DNA of 51,586 bases from a virus (IMGVR_UViG_3300037440_000142:1-51586), one strand, 5' to 3'. Positions 37,144 through 47,369 are shown, numbered from the stretch's first letter. Numbers and translations: made by a program. Notes: generated by a model from the letters alone, not told the origin.

Positions 37144-38583
37144 ATCAAAGTTCCGATTGTAGGCGGGGCCTATCAGGGCCGCTCGTCCAATGTCGCGCCC
37201 GAGACCTGCTTAAACTGGTATTACGAGAAAACCAAGGATGGTGAATGTCTCGTAAATACTCCGGGCGATACTGTCTTTGCAACTCCCGTTGCAGCGGAAG
37301 TAAGGGGCGGTATCGAATACAACGGGATTGCTTATTTCGTTGTTGGAGACACCCTATACGAGGTTAATTCTGTCGGTTCGTCTACATCGAGAGGAACGCT
37401 GAACACTTCAAGCGGACGAGTTTCGATGTCCCACAACGGAGTCAGGACGGGTGCTAATCAACAAATTATGATTGTTGATGGCACTGCCGGCTATATCTAC
37501 GACAACACCACGTCCACGCTGACGGAGATTGCCGATGTAGACATGGTAGCGGCGAGTGTCGTTACCTTTCTCGACGGATATTTCGTCTTTGTGCAGACCA
37601 ATTCGGACAGGTTCTGGATTACCGGCCTGTATGACGGCACTACCATTGACGAAAACGACTTTGCAACAGCCGAAGGCGATCCAGATCAATTGCAGGCAGT
37701 CATAGCCGTAAATCGCGACTTGCTATTGCTCGGCAAAACCACTTGTGAAATCTGGTACAACTCTGGCGACCCCGATAATACGTTCCAGCGGTTCCAGGGC
37801 GGATTTGTACAGACAGGTTGTGCCGCCAAGTTCAGTGTCTCAAGATTTGACAACACGGTTATTTTCCTTAGCAGGAATGATCGTGGGCACGGATTGGTTG
37901 TGACATTGGGAGATGGTTACGCGGCTCAGGTCGTTTCCTCTCCAGAAATGAACTACCAGATCGCGCAATACACCACAATAGAAGATGCTTTTGGTTATGT
38001 TTATCAGACCGAGGGGCATGAGTTCTATGTGCTGACATTTCCCACCGCGAAGGCAACGTGGGTATATGACGCCTCAACACAACTCTGGCACCAGCGAGCA
38101 CACACCATAGGCGGGGTCTTTCCTAACCGGGAAAGATACAACTGCCATGTGTTTGCATTCGGCAAGCACCTGATGGGCGATTACTCGAACGGAAACATTT
38201 ATGAGCTTGATTCGTCTGTCGGTACGTCGAACGGAGTAAGGATTCCCAGAGAACGAATCACGCCTAATCTCACGGATGAGGAAAAACGAATCAGGATTGC
38301 CGCTTTTCAACTAGACGTTGAAGAGGGTACCGGAGACCCGAATGAGACTACCGACAAGTCAATATGGCTGTCTTACTCGAAAGACGGGGGGCACACCTAC
38401 TCAAACGAAATAGAACGTTCCATAGGCGATGCTGGAGAGTATTCCTCGCGAGTTATATGGAGACGTCTTGGACACGCCCGCAACTGGATATTCCGAATCA
38501 GGACATGGACGCCTAACAGGATCATCATTAAAGGCGCTTACGCAAAACTACACGGTGAAGAAAAGAAACCGGGACAGACCTGA
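37144..38583 (+). CDS. P22 gp10-like tail hub (packaged-DNA stabilisation); probable ATC start
   Basis: DGYFVF, FATAEG.PD, EIWYN.G, GHEFYVLTFP..TWVYD..T..WH, S.DGGHT.S, W.RLG; gp10-like sequence continues in frame upstream to 37144. Confidence 0.85.
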   Translation: MKVPIVGGAYQGRSSNVAPETCLNWYYEKTKDGECLVNTPGDTVFATPVAAEVRGGIEYNGIAYFVVGDTLYEVNSVGSSTSRGTLNTSSGRVSMSHNGVRTGANQQIMIVDGTAGYIYDNTTSTLTEIADVDMVAASVVTFLDGYFVFVQTNSDRFWITGLYDGTTIDENDFATAEGDPDQLQAVIAVNRDLLLLGKTTCEIWYNSGDPDNTFQRFQGGFVQTGCAAKFSVSRFDNTVIFLSRNDRGHGLVVTLGDGYAAQVVSSPEMNYQIAQYTTIEDAFGYVYQTEGHEFYVLTFPTAKATWVYDASTQLWHQRAHTIGGVFPNRERYNCHVFAFGKHLMGDYSNGNIYELDSSVGTSNGVRIPRERITPNLTDEEKRIRIAAFQLDVEEGTGDPNETTDKSIWLSYSKDGGHTYSNEIERSIGDAGEYSSRVIWRRLGHARNWIFRIRTWTPNRIIIKGAYAKLHGEEKKPGQT

Positions 38584-39014
38584 TGCCGTTTCAAAGAGTT
38601 CAGTTAAACGGAATAAAGGTCCCTGATAGAACCATAACTGGTGCTCTACCACCTCCTGAACCGGGCGTCTCTCAGTCGGAAGATGGCATTATTGTCGGAT
38701 CAGTCGCTGATCCGGCTGGGATCAAGGCTGGCACGGAGGTAGTAGTAACCCTTCCCGGTCCAAAGGAAATTCTGTTCGATTCCAGGGGCATCATGACGCC
38801 ACGCTGGTACAGGTTCTTTTCGGAACTACACCGTAGAACAGGCGGGACACGTGACAACGTGAATTTTGTCCCGGCCCTCAGAAAACTACCGCTAGAACCG
38901 TTCGCGTTGATGATTACAGGGCCCGCGCCAACCGCACAGATAGTCCACATCAGAATGATGGGAGTTGGATCGCTTGCCATTACTGGCATAGCACCAACCG
39001 TTGCAGTCGCTTAA
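38583..39014 (+). CDS. Tail accessory protein
   Basis: D.RG.MT..WYRFF..L motif typical after gp10-like genes; two C-terminal L.ITG.AP repeats. Confidence 0.6.
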   Translation: MPFQRVQLNGIKVPDRTITGALPPPEPGVSQSEDGIIVGSVADPAGIKAGTEVVVTLPGPKEILFDSRGIMTPRWYRFFSELHRRTGGTRDNVNFVPALRKLPLEPFALMITGPAPTAQIVHIRMMGVGSLAITGIAPTVAVA

Positions 39015-39025
39015 ATGGATTTAAT

Positions 39026-40195
39026 ATGACGACTATCTCTCGTGTAACTGCCAAGCAGATGCATCAGAAAACCGGGCTCAGGACAGCCCTTGGCTATGCC
39101 CTGCCGAAAGAAGACAAGATCCTCATTCGTAAGGGACTGCCAAAGGATCTGGAAAAAGAGGTTCTTGGGCACGAAGAGAAGCATATTGGGAGGGGCGAGG
39201 AGGGGCCGTTTCTCGGTGCGCTTCTCGGTGCCGGGGCGAGTATTCTCGGGGGGATATTTGGTTCTCGTTCAGCCGACAGGGCCACTGACGCACAGGTAGC
39301 GGCCTCCGATGAGGAAATACGTTTTGCCCGCGAATCTCGCGACATGGCGCGCGCAGATGCGGCTCCTTATAGAGAGGCTGGATACACCGCTTTAGACGCC
39401 TTAATGAGTTTGACGGGGTTAGGTGGCGGGTCCAAGGCAAGCGCACCCAAAAGGCCCAATATAGGGGGTCGTAGGGGCATTGTTGCATCCGATTATCTGA
39501 GTGGCCTTGGTGGGCGTCGTGCCGTGGCTCGTTATGGCGGCGGTCCCGTTTACAACATCAACGAGATGGGCCCGGAGTCGCGTTATGAGGGCGGCTCCTA
39601 TACTCGCAATCCAAGGCCGCAGACTATTGAGCCAGGAGGTATGGGATACATACATCCTCGTGTCAATGGTGGTCCTGTCGGTTTTGTCCCCAGAGGACTA
39701 ACGGGTGGGTTTGGCAGTTTACCCGGTGGAAGTAATGCTGGACCCATTAAGCAACCCCCACAGCCCGGTGGACCGCCGACAGAGAATCCCGGTGGCGTAG
39801 AGGGCGGATTCAATTTCCAGACAGATCCGGGATATGAGTTTCGTGTAGACGAGGGTATGCGGGCACTTGATCGCGGAGCCGCCGCATCCGGTGGATTGCT
39901 TTCCGGTGGTTATGCAAGACGCGCCATTCGTTACGGGCAGGACTACGCATCGAACGAATACACGAACGTCTACAACCGCATTGCCAATATAGCGGGTCTT
40001 GGGCAGGTATCTGCAGGTCAGTCGGGTCAAGCTGCTTTATATGCCGGGGCACAGATGGGAAATGCCGCATCCAATGCCGGGGCCGCTCGTGCATCTGGAT
40101 ATACCGCACAAGGCAATGCACGGGCTAATGCCATTAATCAGATCGGTCAACTTCCGTGGGATGAAATCTTCAAGGACAAAGAGGGCACTATCTGA
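39026..40195 (+). CDS. DNA ejection protein (P22 gp7-like)
   Basis: APY..AG..AL, FQTDPGYEFR..EG.RA..AAA.GGLLSG, RYGQDYAS.EY..GLGQ. Confidence 0.8.
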   Translation: MTTISRVTAKQMHQKTGLRTALGYALPKEDKILIRKGLPKDLEKEVLGHEEKHIGRGEEGPFLGALLGAGASILGGIFGSRSADRATDAQVAASDEEIRFARESRDMARADAAPYREAGYTALDALMSLTGLGGGSKASAPKRPNIGGRRGIVASDYLSGLGGRRAVARYGGGPVYNINEMGPESRYEGGSYTRNPRPQTIEPGGMGYIHPRVNGGPVGFVPRGLTGGFGSLPGGSNAGPIKQPPQPGGPPTENPGGVEGGFNFQTDPGYEFRVDEGMRALDRGAAASGGLLSGGYARRAIRYGQDYASNEYTNVYNRIANIAGLGQVSAGQSGQAALYAGAQMGNAASNAGAARASGYTAQGNARANAINQIGQLPWDEIFKDKEGTI

Positions 40196-41490
40196 TGGGC
40201 GTGTACGACGTAGCCGCTAATCAGGTTCTTGCCCAGCCTGTTTCCGCTTTCTATCAGGGAAGGGCTATTCGTTCTGGCTTGAAAACCGACGAATTGCAAC
40301 AGGAAAGGCTACAGCAGGATATTGACCTTGCTCCTACAGCAATGGCTATTGAGGCCCAAAAAGCGGGCAATGCATCTACCAAGAACATGATCGATATGGC
40401 CAAGCTCCAGATGGAGGTTGGTAAGCGCGGCGTTGAGGCCCTGACTGATGCTTATGCAAGCGGTCTTGCGGCGTTCGATGAAACCGGAGATCCCGCACAA
40501 GCCTACGAAGTGGCGGCGAATAAGTTGGCTCAGATAGATCCGTCCATTGAACCGGAAGAGGCCCGAGCCAAATTAGACGAAGCTACCGGGGGTGTATTCG
40601 ATCCTAAAGCCGTCAAGTCATTCCTGATGACGGCTGAAAAGCATCTTGAGATACAGGCGGCTAATGAAAAGTTGACCACCGATGAAAAGCTCATTGAGAA
40701 CCTTGATGTAGACCCGGAACTCAAGAAACAACTCCTACTCGACATCGCGAAGAAGAAGGGGGCCATCGTCGGGAGAACCCCAGAGGACGTGGCTATATTC
40801 GGAGGATCCGGGGACAAGGTTACTGACCGCAATACAGCGGAAATTGTGGTTTCTGCGGAGAACATGATTTCGTCAGTACAGCGTATCGGAGAACAAATCG
40901 AAAAGATGCCACAAGCGTCTATGGGCCTTCCCGGTACTGCGGCTAGATTGATCGACAATACTGCCAATGCAGTTATGGGATTTGGCGAATTGTTCGGTGG
41001 TACGGCGATGATCGGGGATCAGGAAGTTAGCGATAGCCTTCTTTTGGATGCCAAACTCTATCAGGACATGTTCCAGGGACCCGCCGCCCAATCTGCCGCA
41101 TTGCAAGCTAATGAGATCGGCCTTGCCTATGCTCTAGCACGCTCTGCAAACCCTGACGGTCGAATATCGGACGCTGACGTTCGAGCCCAACTTGGCCGGG
41201 TAAAACTCGGCGGTTCCAGCAAAACACAAATACAAGCCGCAATGCGAGAAGTTGAGCGGGAGGTAATGGTAAACACTGCTAACTACATGCGTATCCACAA
41301 GTACAGCCAAGACCCGGAGGGAAAAGTTTATTACGACTCTTTGATGGAGAAGATTGAGAAGATTGACGCCACCAAAACAGATTCTGGTGGTGCAATTTCT
41401 ACCGTAACCAGCAAAGAAGATTACAACAATATCAAATCTGGCGACCTCTATTACGTAGAGGGAGAGGACAAGCCAAGGCGGAAGCAATAA
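40195..41490 (+). CDS. Putative DNA ejection protein
   Basis: Helical; GRISDADV motif; follows the gp7-like gene. Confidence 0.6.
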   Translation: MGVYDVAANQVLAQPVSAFYQGRAIRSGLKTDELQQERLQQDIDLAPTAMAIEAQKAGNASTKNMIDMAKLQMEVGKRGVEALTDAYASGLAAFDETGDPAQAYEVAANKLAQIDPSIEPEEARAKLDEATGGVFDPKAVKSFLMTAEKHLEIQAANEKLTTDEKLIENLDVDPELKKQLLLDIAKKKGAIVGRTPEDVAIFGGSGDKVTDRNTAEIVVSAENMISSVQRIGEQIEKMPQASMGLPGTAARLIDNTANAVMGFGELFGGTAMIGDQEVSDSLLLDAKLYQDMFQGPAAQSAALQANEIGLAYALARSANPDGRISDADVRAQLGRVKLGGSSKTQIQAAMREVEREVMVNTANYMRIHKYSQDPEGKVYYDSLMEKIEKIDATKTDSGGAISTVTSKEDYNNIKSGDLYYVEGEDKPRRKQ

Positions 41491-44007
41491 ATGGCTGAAC
41501 AACCGTGGCTCAAAGATCCCGTTGTCGATGCTCCGTGGTTGAATGATCCAATCGTTGATGACGGTTCCGAAAAGAGTCCAATCGACCTTGGCAAAGTATC
41601 TAGCATCGGCGGAGGATATTTCAGCGGCCTTAATATGGAAGTGGATGCTCCTGGACAGGAATTAGCATCCAAGGGCATAGACGTCACTACTGGTGCGCCT
41701 ACGGGACGTATGGTTGCGTCATTCTCGAAAGATGAAAACTACGCCGCTCAGTATCTGAAAAAGGCCCTGTCTGAGTATTACGGTGGCGATATTCAAATAC
41801 GTAAAGGCCCCGAGTCGGGTGAAATTGAATTCTTAAATCCCGGCACTAACCGATGGACCCTTGCCGATGAGGCGGCATCGTCAGTCGCGGATTTTGCAGA
41901 TATGACGGGCCACACAATCCCTGTGGGATTGGGTGCTGCTGGTTTCATGCTCGGATCTATAGCGGGTCCAGCCGGAGAATACGCTGGCACCGCAGTGGGG
42001 GCTGGTTTTGGCGAGGCGGCTCGTCTCAAGATCGGAGAGAAAATAGGCGCAAACGAAAGTCTTACGTCAGAGGAAATGGCAAGTCAGGCCGTTAGTTTGG
42101 CCGCTTGGGAAGTGGCGTTTCAGGTTGGCGGTGCAGGATTGGTTCAACTTGCAAAATTCGTGCGTCAATTCATTTCGCCTCCTCCGATGAGTGCAGACGA
42201 GGCCCGTATAGCGCTTATCGAGATGGGGAAGAGCCGCCAACTTGCGGCGGATGTGGAAGCACTTTCCGGTCAAGAATTTGCACCGACTACAGGTCAGTTG
42301 TCAGGAAATGAAGTGTTGCTCGGGCTACAAACCGCATACAGCGGAGATAGCATTGAAGCCTCGGTACAACTGACACGAAGATTAAACCGCAACGAAACAT
42401 CTCTTGAAGCCGCCTTCGATCATATCAATCCGGTTGCAGACGATGCTTATCTCGCCGGACGTGAAGTAGTTGGGGCGGCTGGTGAAAGGATAGATCCGAT
42501 CCTTGAGGGCGCAGAGGCCGGTGTGTCGCGCGCCACGCAACAGGCCGAAGTAGCTCTTGCGTCTGTTCCAGAAGTTGGAGAACAAGCCGCTGGACGGGAG
42601 ATGCGGGCACAGTTTCTGGCTGCCCGCGATCAGGCGAAAGCCGCAGAGGTAAAGGCCTACTCCGATTATCAGGAAGCCTATGGCCTTCGTGGCGCACAGT
42701 CTGAGGTAAGGATACCGATATCCGAGGGCTTTCGAGCGCATATCAATAATCTGGATAAAGAGCGGGTCAATGCAATCTTTGCCGGTCAAGCGACGGGCAA
42801 GTCACAGCTTCTATCCGAGGCTTTCTTGGAGGGGGAGATTGACCTGCATCAACTTGAAGAGGGTATCAAATACCTGCGCCGGGTATTACGCAAGCAAGGA
42901 ACTACTGTAGCAGCAGACGCACCGACAAGGGATGTCATTCGTCTCAAGGATGAGATGGTGTTGCTGCGAAACGAATATCTCGAAGCCACTAATCCAGCAT
43001 TGCTGGCGCTCGCAGAAAATGCTGAGGCGGCTGCCGCCAAACGGGCACAGGATTTCGATAAAGGCGTGTTGGGCGCGATCATCCAGAAGAAGGATGGCCA
43101 GTACATGCTTAACGATACCCGCGTGTTTGCCTACGTCATCAAGAGCAACGACGAGGAAGCGGCACAGCACTTTGCGAGGATAGTCGGACAAGACCCCGGC
43201 GCTATGGTAGCCGCAAAGGGCGGTCTATGGTCGTTGTACAAGAAACAAGTGGCCCCAGAAGGACTGCCAGATCCAAAACTGCACAAGAAGTTCATGCGGG
43301 ATCATGACAACGTAATCAATGCGCTATTTTCGGAAGCTGAAGTCAAGCGCATGAACCAGCTTGGTGATATGGGCAAGGTTGTTGAACGGGCCGCTCAAAG
43401 GTACTCGAATCTGGTTAAGGGACTGAAACAAACCTTTGCCGGAAAGATTCGAGACACGAGCCCAGAGAATCTGACTTCAACCGTATTTTCCAGGAATTTC
43501 TCAGCGGTAGAAACCCGACGCCTTACGGACATGCTGGACGCTGGCGGGGCAGGAGATCAGTTTCGGGAGGCTGTGGGTACGTACGTCCGCAACAAGATAT
43601 TCACGAATAACAGGATCAACGCCAATAACATTGACAGGTTACTTCAAAGAGACGGAGAAAAGCTGAAAAATATCTTCGGCCCAGAGTACGTACAGAACCT
43701 GCACAAGATTCATGAAGCGTCTTTGATGATAAACCAGACAGCAAAGGGCCTTGTTCCACGTAAAACAAATGCCTTCACGGATTTGATGCGAGTTTTGTTT
43801 GCCCCACCCCTCACACAAAGAGGAAGGGCACAAACACTGGTAGTGAATCTTCGAAGTGATGCTGCCAAGCGAGCTATTGGCGAAGCGGTAATGGACCCGA
43901 AGAAACTTGAGGCTATTGTCCGCCTTGAAGCAGTAGACAGGAATTCAAAGAGAGCTGCCAGGGCGATGTCCGCGTTAGGCGGATATTCCGTATTTGCCGA
44001 CGAATAG
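41491..44007 (+). CDS. Large putative DNA ejection protein
   Basis: 838 aa, Ala-rich helical, with a Gly-rich membrane-like segment. Confidence 0.6.
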   Translation: MAEQPWLKDPVVDAPWLNDPIVDDGSEKSPIDLGKVSSIGGGYFSGLNMEVDAPGQELASKGIDVTTGAPTGRMVASFSKDENYAAQYLKKALSEYYGGDIQIRKGPESGEIEFLNPGTNRWTLADEAASSVADFADMTGHTIPVGLGAAGFMLGSIAGPAGEYAGTAVGAGFGEAARLKIGEKIGANESLTSEEMASQAVSLAAWEVAFQVGGAGLVQLAKFVRQFISPPPMSADEARIALIEMGKSRQLAADVEALSGQEFAPTTGQLSGNEVLLGLQTAYSGDSIEASVQLTRRLNRNETSLEAAFDHINPVADDAYLAGREVVGAAGERIDPILEGAEAGVSRATQQAEVALASVPEVGEQAAGREMRAQFLAARDQAKAAEVKAYSDYQEAYGLRGAQSEVRIPISEGFRAHINNLDKERVNAIFAGQATGKSQLLSEAFLEGEIDLHQLEEGIKYLRRVLRKQGTTVAADAPTRDVIRLKDEMVLLRNEYLEATNPALLALAENAEAAAAKRAQDFDKGVLGAIIQKKDGQYMLNDTRVFAYVIKSNDEEAAQHFARIVGQDPGAMVAAKGGLWSLYKKQVAPEGLPDPKLHKKFMRDHDNVINALFSEAEVKRMNQLGDMGKVVERAAQRYSNLVKGLKQTFAGKIRDTSPENLTSTVFSRNFSAVETRRLTDMLDAGGAGDQFREAVGTYVRNKIFTNNRINANNIDRLLQRDGEKLKNIFGPEYVQNLHKIHEASLMINQTAKGLVPRKTNAFTDLMRVLFAPPLTQRGRAQTLVVNLRSDAAKRAIGEAVMDPKKLEAIVRLEAVDRNSKRAARAMSALGGYSVFADE

Positions 44008-44028
44008 TTTTCCACGGATGGAGACTGC

Positions 44029-44544
44029 ATGGCTTTCCCGATTCTCGGTTCACCGAAACCGTCATTTTTTGACAGTTCCGGTTCCCCGCTCGCGAGCGGA
44101 ACTTTATCAATACTAGATCCTGATACGGATGAGAACAAGGCGTCTTACCCGACTCTGGCAAACGCAGATGCTGAGACAACCCCAAACGATAACCCGCTAA
44201 CCCTTAACGCAAGAGGAGAGCCCGCTACAGGTCTGTTCGGGCGTGACGGACATTCATACAAGGTTGTCCTGAAAGACTCCGACGACGCAACGATATATAC
44301 CATTGCCAAGGTGTCACTGCCCGGTGCCGTGACCCTTGAGAGTTCGACAAAGAATCCAACTCCTGCGTCCGTTAGTTTGAGCGGACAGACACCTACCGTA
44401 GCCAATACGTCCATCGCATTTACAAGGTCCGCAACGATAGTGGAAGACTTTACATTGGATGCGAGCGCATCCGCGACGGACACGAACAACAATAACGTAT
44501 TGGCTGCACTTATAGGTGTTCTACAGGGGAAGGGCTATATCTGA
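44029..44544 (+). CDS. Short protein with a tailspike virion-attachment domain
   Basis: FFDSSGSPL.SGT..NDNPLTLN.RGE..YKV.LKDSD, paralogous to the N-terminus of the next gene. Confidence 0.7.
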   Translation: MAFPILGSPKPSFFDSSGSPLASGTLSILDPDTDENKASYPTLANADAETTPNDNPLTLNARGEPATGLFGRDGHSYKVVLKDSDDATIYTIAKVSLPGAVTLESSTKNPTPASVSLSGQTPTVANTSIAFTRSATIVEDFTLDASASATDTNNNNVLAALIGVLQGKGYI

Positions 44545-46490
44545 TGTCTTTCCCACTCATCCACCCCGCTTTGCAGTTTTTCGACTCAAGCGGGAGTCCA
44601 CTGGTGTCCGGGACAATCGAGTTCAGGAGTCCTACTGACAACACCCTGATTGACTCATTTCCTACGGCGGACGATGCGGACGCACAAACCAATGCAAACG
44701 ACAATCCGCTAACCCTTAATTCAAGGGGCGAGGCAGCAAACGGGCTCTATCTTGAGGACGGAGTTAAGTACAAAGTCATTCTTAAGGATTCTGACGGATC
44801 AACAGTCTGGACTCGTGACGATGTGCGCAGCCCGATATTGGCGCATGACACGACTCAGGCTGAAACAGATGCTGGTATTACGCCTACAGATAAGCAATTC
44901 TTACCCGGAGATCCCAGGCGCTATGGCGCCACCGGAGATGGCACAACGGATGATGCCGTCGCGTTGCAAAAATGGCTTGATGTTGGAGGCGCCCTTACTG
45001 GTGTAAGACTCACATTTCGTACCACTGTTCAGCTTGAAGTTACGAAAAGTAACACCTTCATTTCAGGTCATGGAATGAAGATCGTTCACGATACTGGCAC
45101 GGATGAAACAGTTTTGATTGCCAGTGACCTTACAAACGTAACGATTACTGGTCTTGAGATAGATGGCCAGAAATCGCAGAAATCAGTTGTTGGTGTGGCC
45201 TCATCCTATGGAATAGAAGTCACCGGCAGTCAGAGAGTACTCATCTCACAGTGTTACGTCCATGACACCTACGAGCACGGAATCAGAACGGGTGCATTTG
45301 ATAACGATGATGTAAACGAAACGACCGAGGTAATCATAACCGACAACATAGTTGTTGGCTGTGGTAACTCAGCAAACAGTCGCGGCTATGGCATATGGAA
45401 TTTCGGCCTTGTCAAAAGACTGGTGGTATCTAACAACCACGTCATAGATTGCATAGCCGGGGGAATTTCAACCGACGAAACATCCTCCGGGGCCCTGCCG
45501 GACCGAACGAATTTCGACGTAGTGTTTTCGAATAACTTCGTTCGTGTTGATGACACCGTTGTTGGATCTGTTGGAATAAGGTTCGAGGGTACTGGACGCG
45601 GATCAATCACCGGTAATGTGGTTGCTGAGGCATACCACGGATTGGTTCTTGCCGAGGGCCAAGCGGCAGACGGATTAACCAGTCAACTAACCGTATCGGG
45701 GAACATATTTCGCGGATCGGAACACGGCACAAGAATAGTCAACGTCCGCGACATTGTTATCACCGGCAATCTGTTTGAAATGTATCAGGACGGAGGAACC
45801 GGAGGTATAGAAATATTCAGCGGAACTACCGGAGAGGCGTGTGCCCGCATTTCTGTCTCGGACAATATTGTCCGTTCTTTTGAGAACGGAATTCGCATCG
45901 GTGTCAATACATCCAATAGCGATACTTCAACCGAGATGTCAGTTACGAACAATCAGGTGTTTTATACCGGGGTGGCACCCGCATCTGGCCCTCACGGAAT
46001 CCGTGTAAATAACACTTCAGACAGCGTTATCAGGGGCAATCGAGTGTTTGCATTCGACAGTGGGCTTACCTCTCTGGATGGCGCGACATGGGATTCCAAC
46101 GAGGCATTTGATTGTGAGACACAGGGAATGCAGGTAAGTGGAGCAACTACACGAATAATTCGCGGCAACATCATGAACAACTGTGATTTAGCCATTGTTT
46201 CGAGCGCGAATCTATACACCACATTCTTTCTGGAAAATCACGCAACCACTGTTACGGGTGATTTCAACACAGCCTATAAGCGCAGCAACTATGGCGATGC
46301 AGGATTTGCCGATATGCAGGCCGCAGCCACGGTTATTGCGGATGTTGCTTCTACCCTTAACACGGTATCCAAGCATGTCGGAATGCTGATATGGGACACC
46401 ACTAATAATCGCTTGATGCGGGCTCGTGCGGCCACTGCGGCTGGCGTGTGGGACGCTATTGATGGCTCTACTTCGGTAACCCCGTCATGA
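44544..46490 (+). CDS. Tailspike with beta-helix depolymerase-like domain
   Basis: Attachment domain, then RYGATGDGTTDD..ALQ and many I.GN beta-helix repeats. Confidence 0.85.
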   Translation: MSFPLIHPALQFFDSSGSPLVSGTIEFRSPTDNTLIDSFPTADDADAQTNANDNPLTLNSRGEAANGLYLEDGVKYKVILKDSDGSTVWTRDDVRSPILAHDTTQAETDAGITPTDKQFLPGDPRRYGATGDGTTDDAVALQKWLDVGGALTGVRLTFRTTVQLEVTKSNTFISGHGMKIVHDTGTDETVLIASDLTNVTITGLEIDGQKSQKSVVGVASSYGIEVTGSQRVLISQCYVHDTYEHGIRTGAFDNDDVNETTEVIITDNIVVGCGNSANSRGYGIWNFGLVKRLVVSNNHVIDCIAGGISTDETSSGALPDRTNFDVVFSNNFVRVDDTVVGSVGIRFEGTGRGSITGNVVAEAYHGLVLAEGQAADGLTSQLTVSGNIFRGSEHGTRIVNVRDIVITGNLFEMYQDGGTGGIEIFSGTTGEACARISVSDNIVRSFENGIRIGVNTSNSDTSTEMSVTNNQVFYTGVAPASGPHGIRVNNTSDSVIRGNRVFAFDSGLTSLDGATWDSNEAFDCETQGMQVSGATTRIIRGNIMNNCDLAIVSSANLYTTFFLENHATTVTGDFNTAYKRSNYGDAGFADMQAAATVIADVASTLNTVSKHVGMLIWDTTNNRLMRARAATAAGVWDAIDGSTSVTPS

Positions 46491-46659
46491 GCCCTGTATA
46501 CAAAGCCCTTGCGGGTGCGGGTGTATTCCTGAACAGCACCGGTGCTGCCTTTAATGGCTTTGCGGCTGCACAAACTGGTTCAACCGGACTGGCCGTTCTG
46601 TGCCTGGTGAATCTGTTGTTTGCCGTATTCCTTATTTTGCTATTCCCGTGGGATGCGAA

Positions 46660-47073
46660 ATGATTCCACAGCTAATAAGTGACCTCAAGTCCGATGAGGG
46701 CTGGAGGCCGTATGCATACAAGGATTCCGAAGGGTTGCTGACTATCGGTTACGGATTCTTGGTAGATCCGGCCAAGGGAGTTGGATTGCCACGTCACATT
46801 GGCGATATGTGGCTGACTCATGCAGTTCAAGAAAGGGCGTCTGAGTTATTTGATCGTATTCCGTGGCTCGAAGATCAACCGGAGGAAGTACAGAGGGCCC
46901 TGTGCAACATGGCCTACCAGTTAGGAGTTTATGGCGTATTGAAGTTCCGAAAGATGCTGTATGCGCTTGAACACGGAGACCGAGCCGAGGCGGCAATTCA
47001 TGCATTGGATTCGCTATGGGCCAAACAAACTCCGGAACGTGCAGAGCGCATTGCGGCCCTGATATCGCCATGA
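46660..47073 (+). CDS. Endolysin, GH24 (T4-lysozyme-like)
   Basis: DEGWR..AYKDSEG.LTIGYG, NMAYQLG, F.KML.AL, DS.WAKQTP.RA. Confidence 0.9.
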   Translation: MIPQLISDLKSDEGWRPYAYKDSEGLLTIGYGFLVDPAKGVGLPRHIGDMWLTHAVQERASELFDRIPWLEDQPEEVQRALCNMAYQLGVYGVLKFRKMLYALEHGDRAEAAIHALDSLWAKQTPERAERIAALISP

Positions 47074-47369
47074 TTCAGGAACTACAGGAATATTGGGAGG
47101 CAATAGCCGGTTCAACTGCGGTCGCCTCGACACTTTCATATTTCGGCGTAAGCACATTCAAGAGAATAGGACGCCTGGAGGTAGAGAAGGCCGACCGTCA
47201 CGAGGTTACGAGACTTATTGACATGATTGATAAGCGCCTGGAAAAGAACAACGACGATGCCAGCCAAAGCCGTAGGGAATTACACGCAAAGTTCGATGAC
47301 TTCGCGAAAACACAGGCACAAATCAATCTGGATATGGCAAGGGTTGCCGGGCGGTTGAATGGGAAATGA
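47070..47369 (+). CDS. Membrane-anchored lysis-module protein (holin-like candidate)
   Basis: N-terminal hydrophobic segment plus coiled coil; coupled to the endolysin. Confidence 0.45.
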   Translation: MIQELQEYWEAIAGSTAVASTLSYFGVSTFKRIGRLEVEKADRHEVTRLIDMIDKRLEKNNDDASQSRRELHAKFDDFAKTQAQINLDMARVAGRLNGK

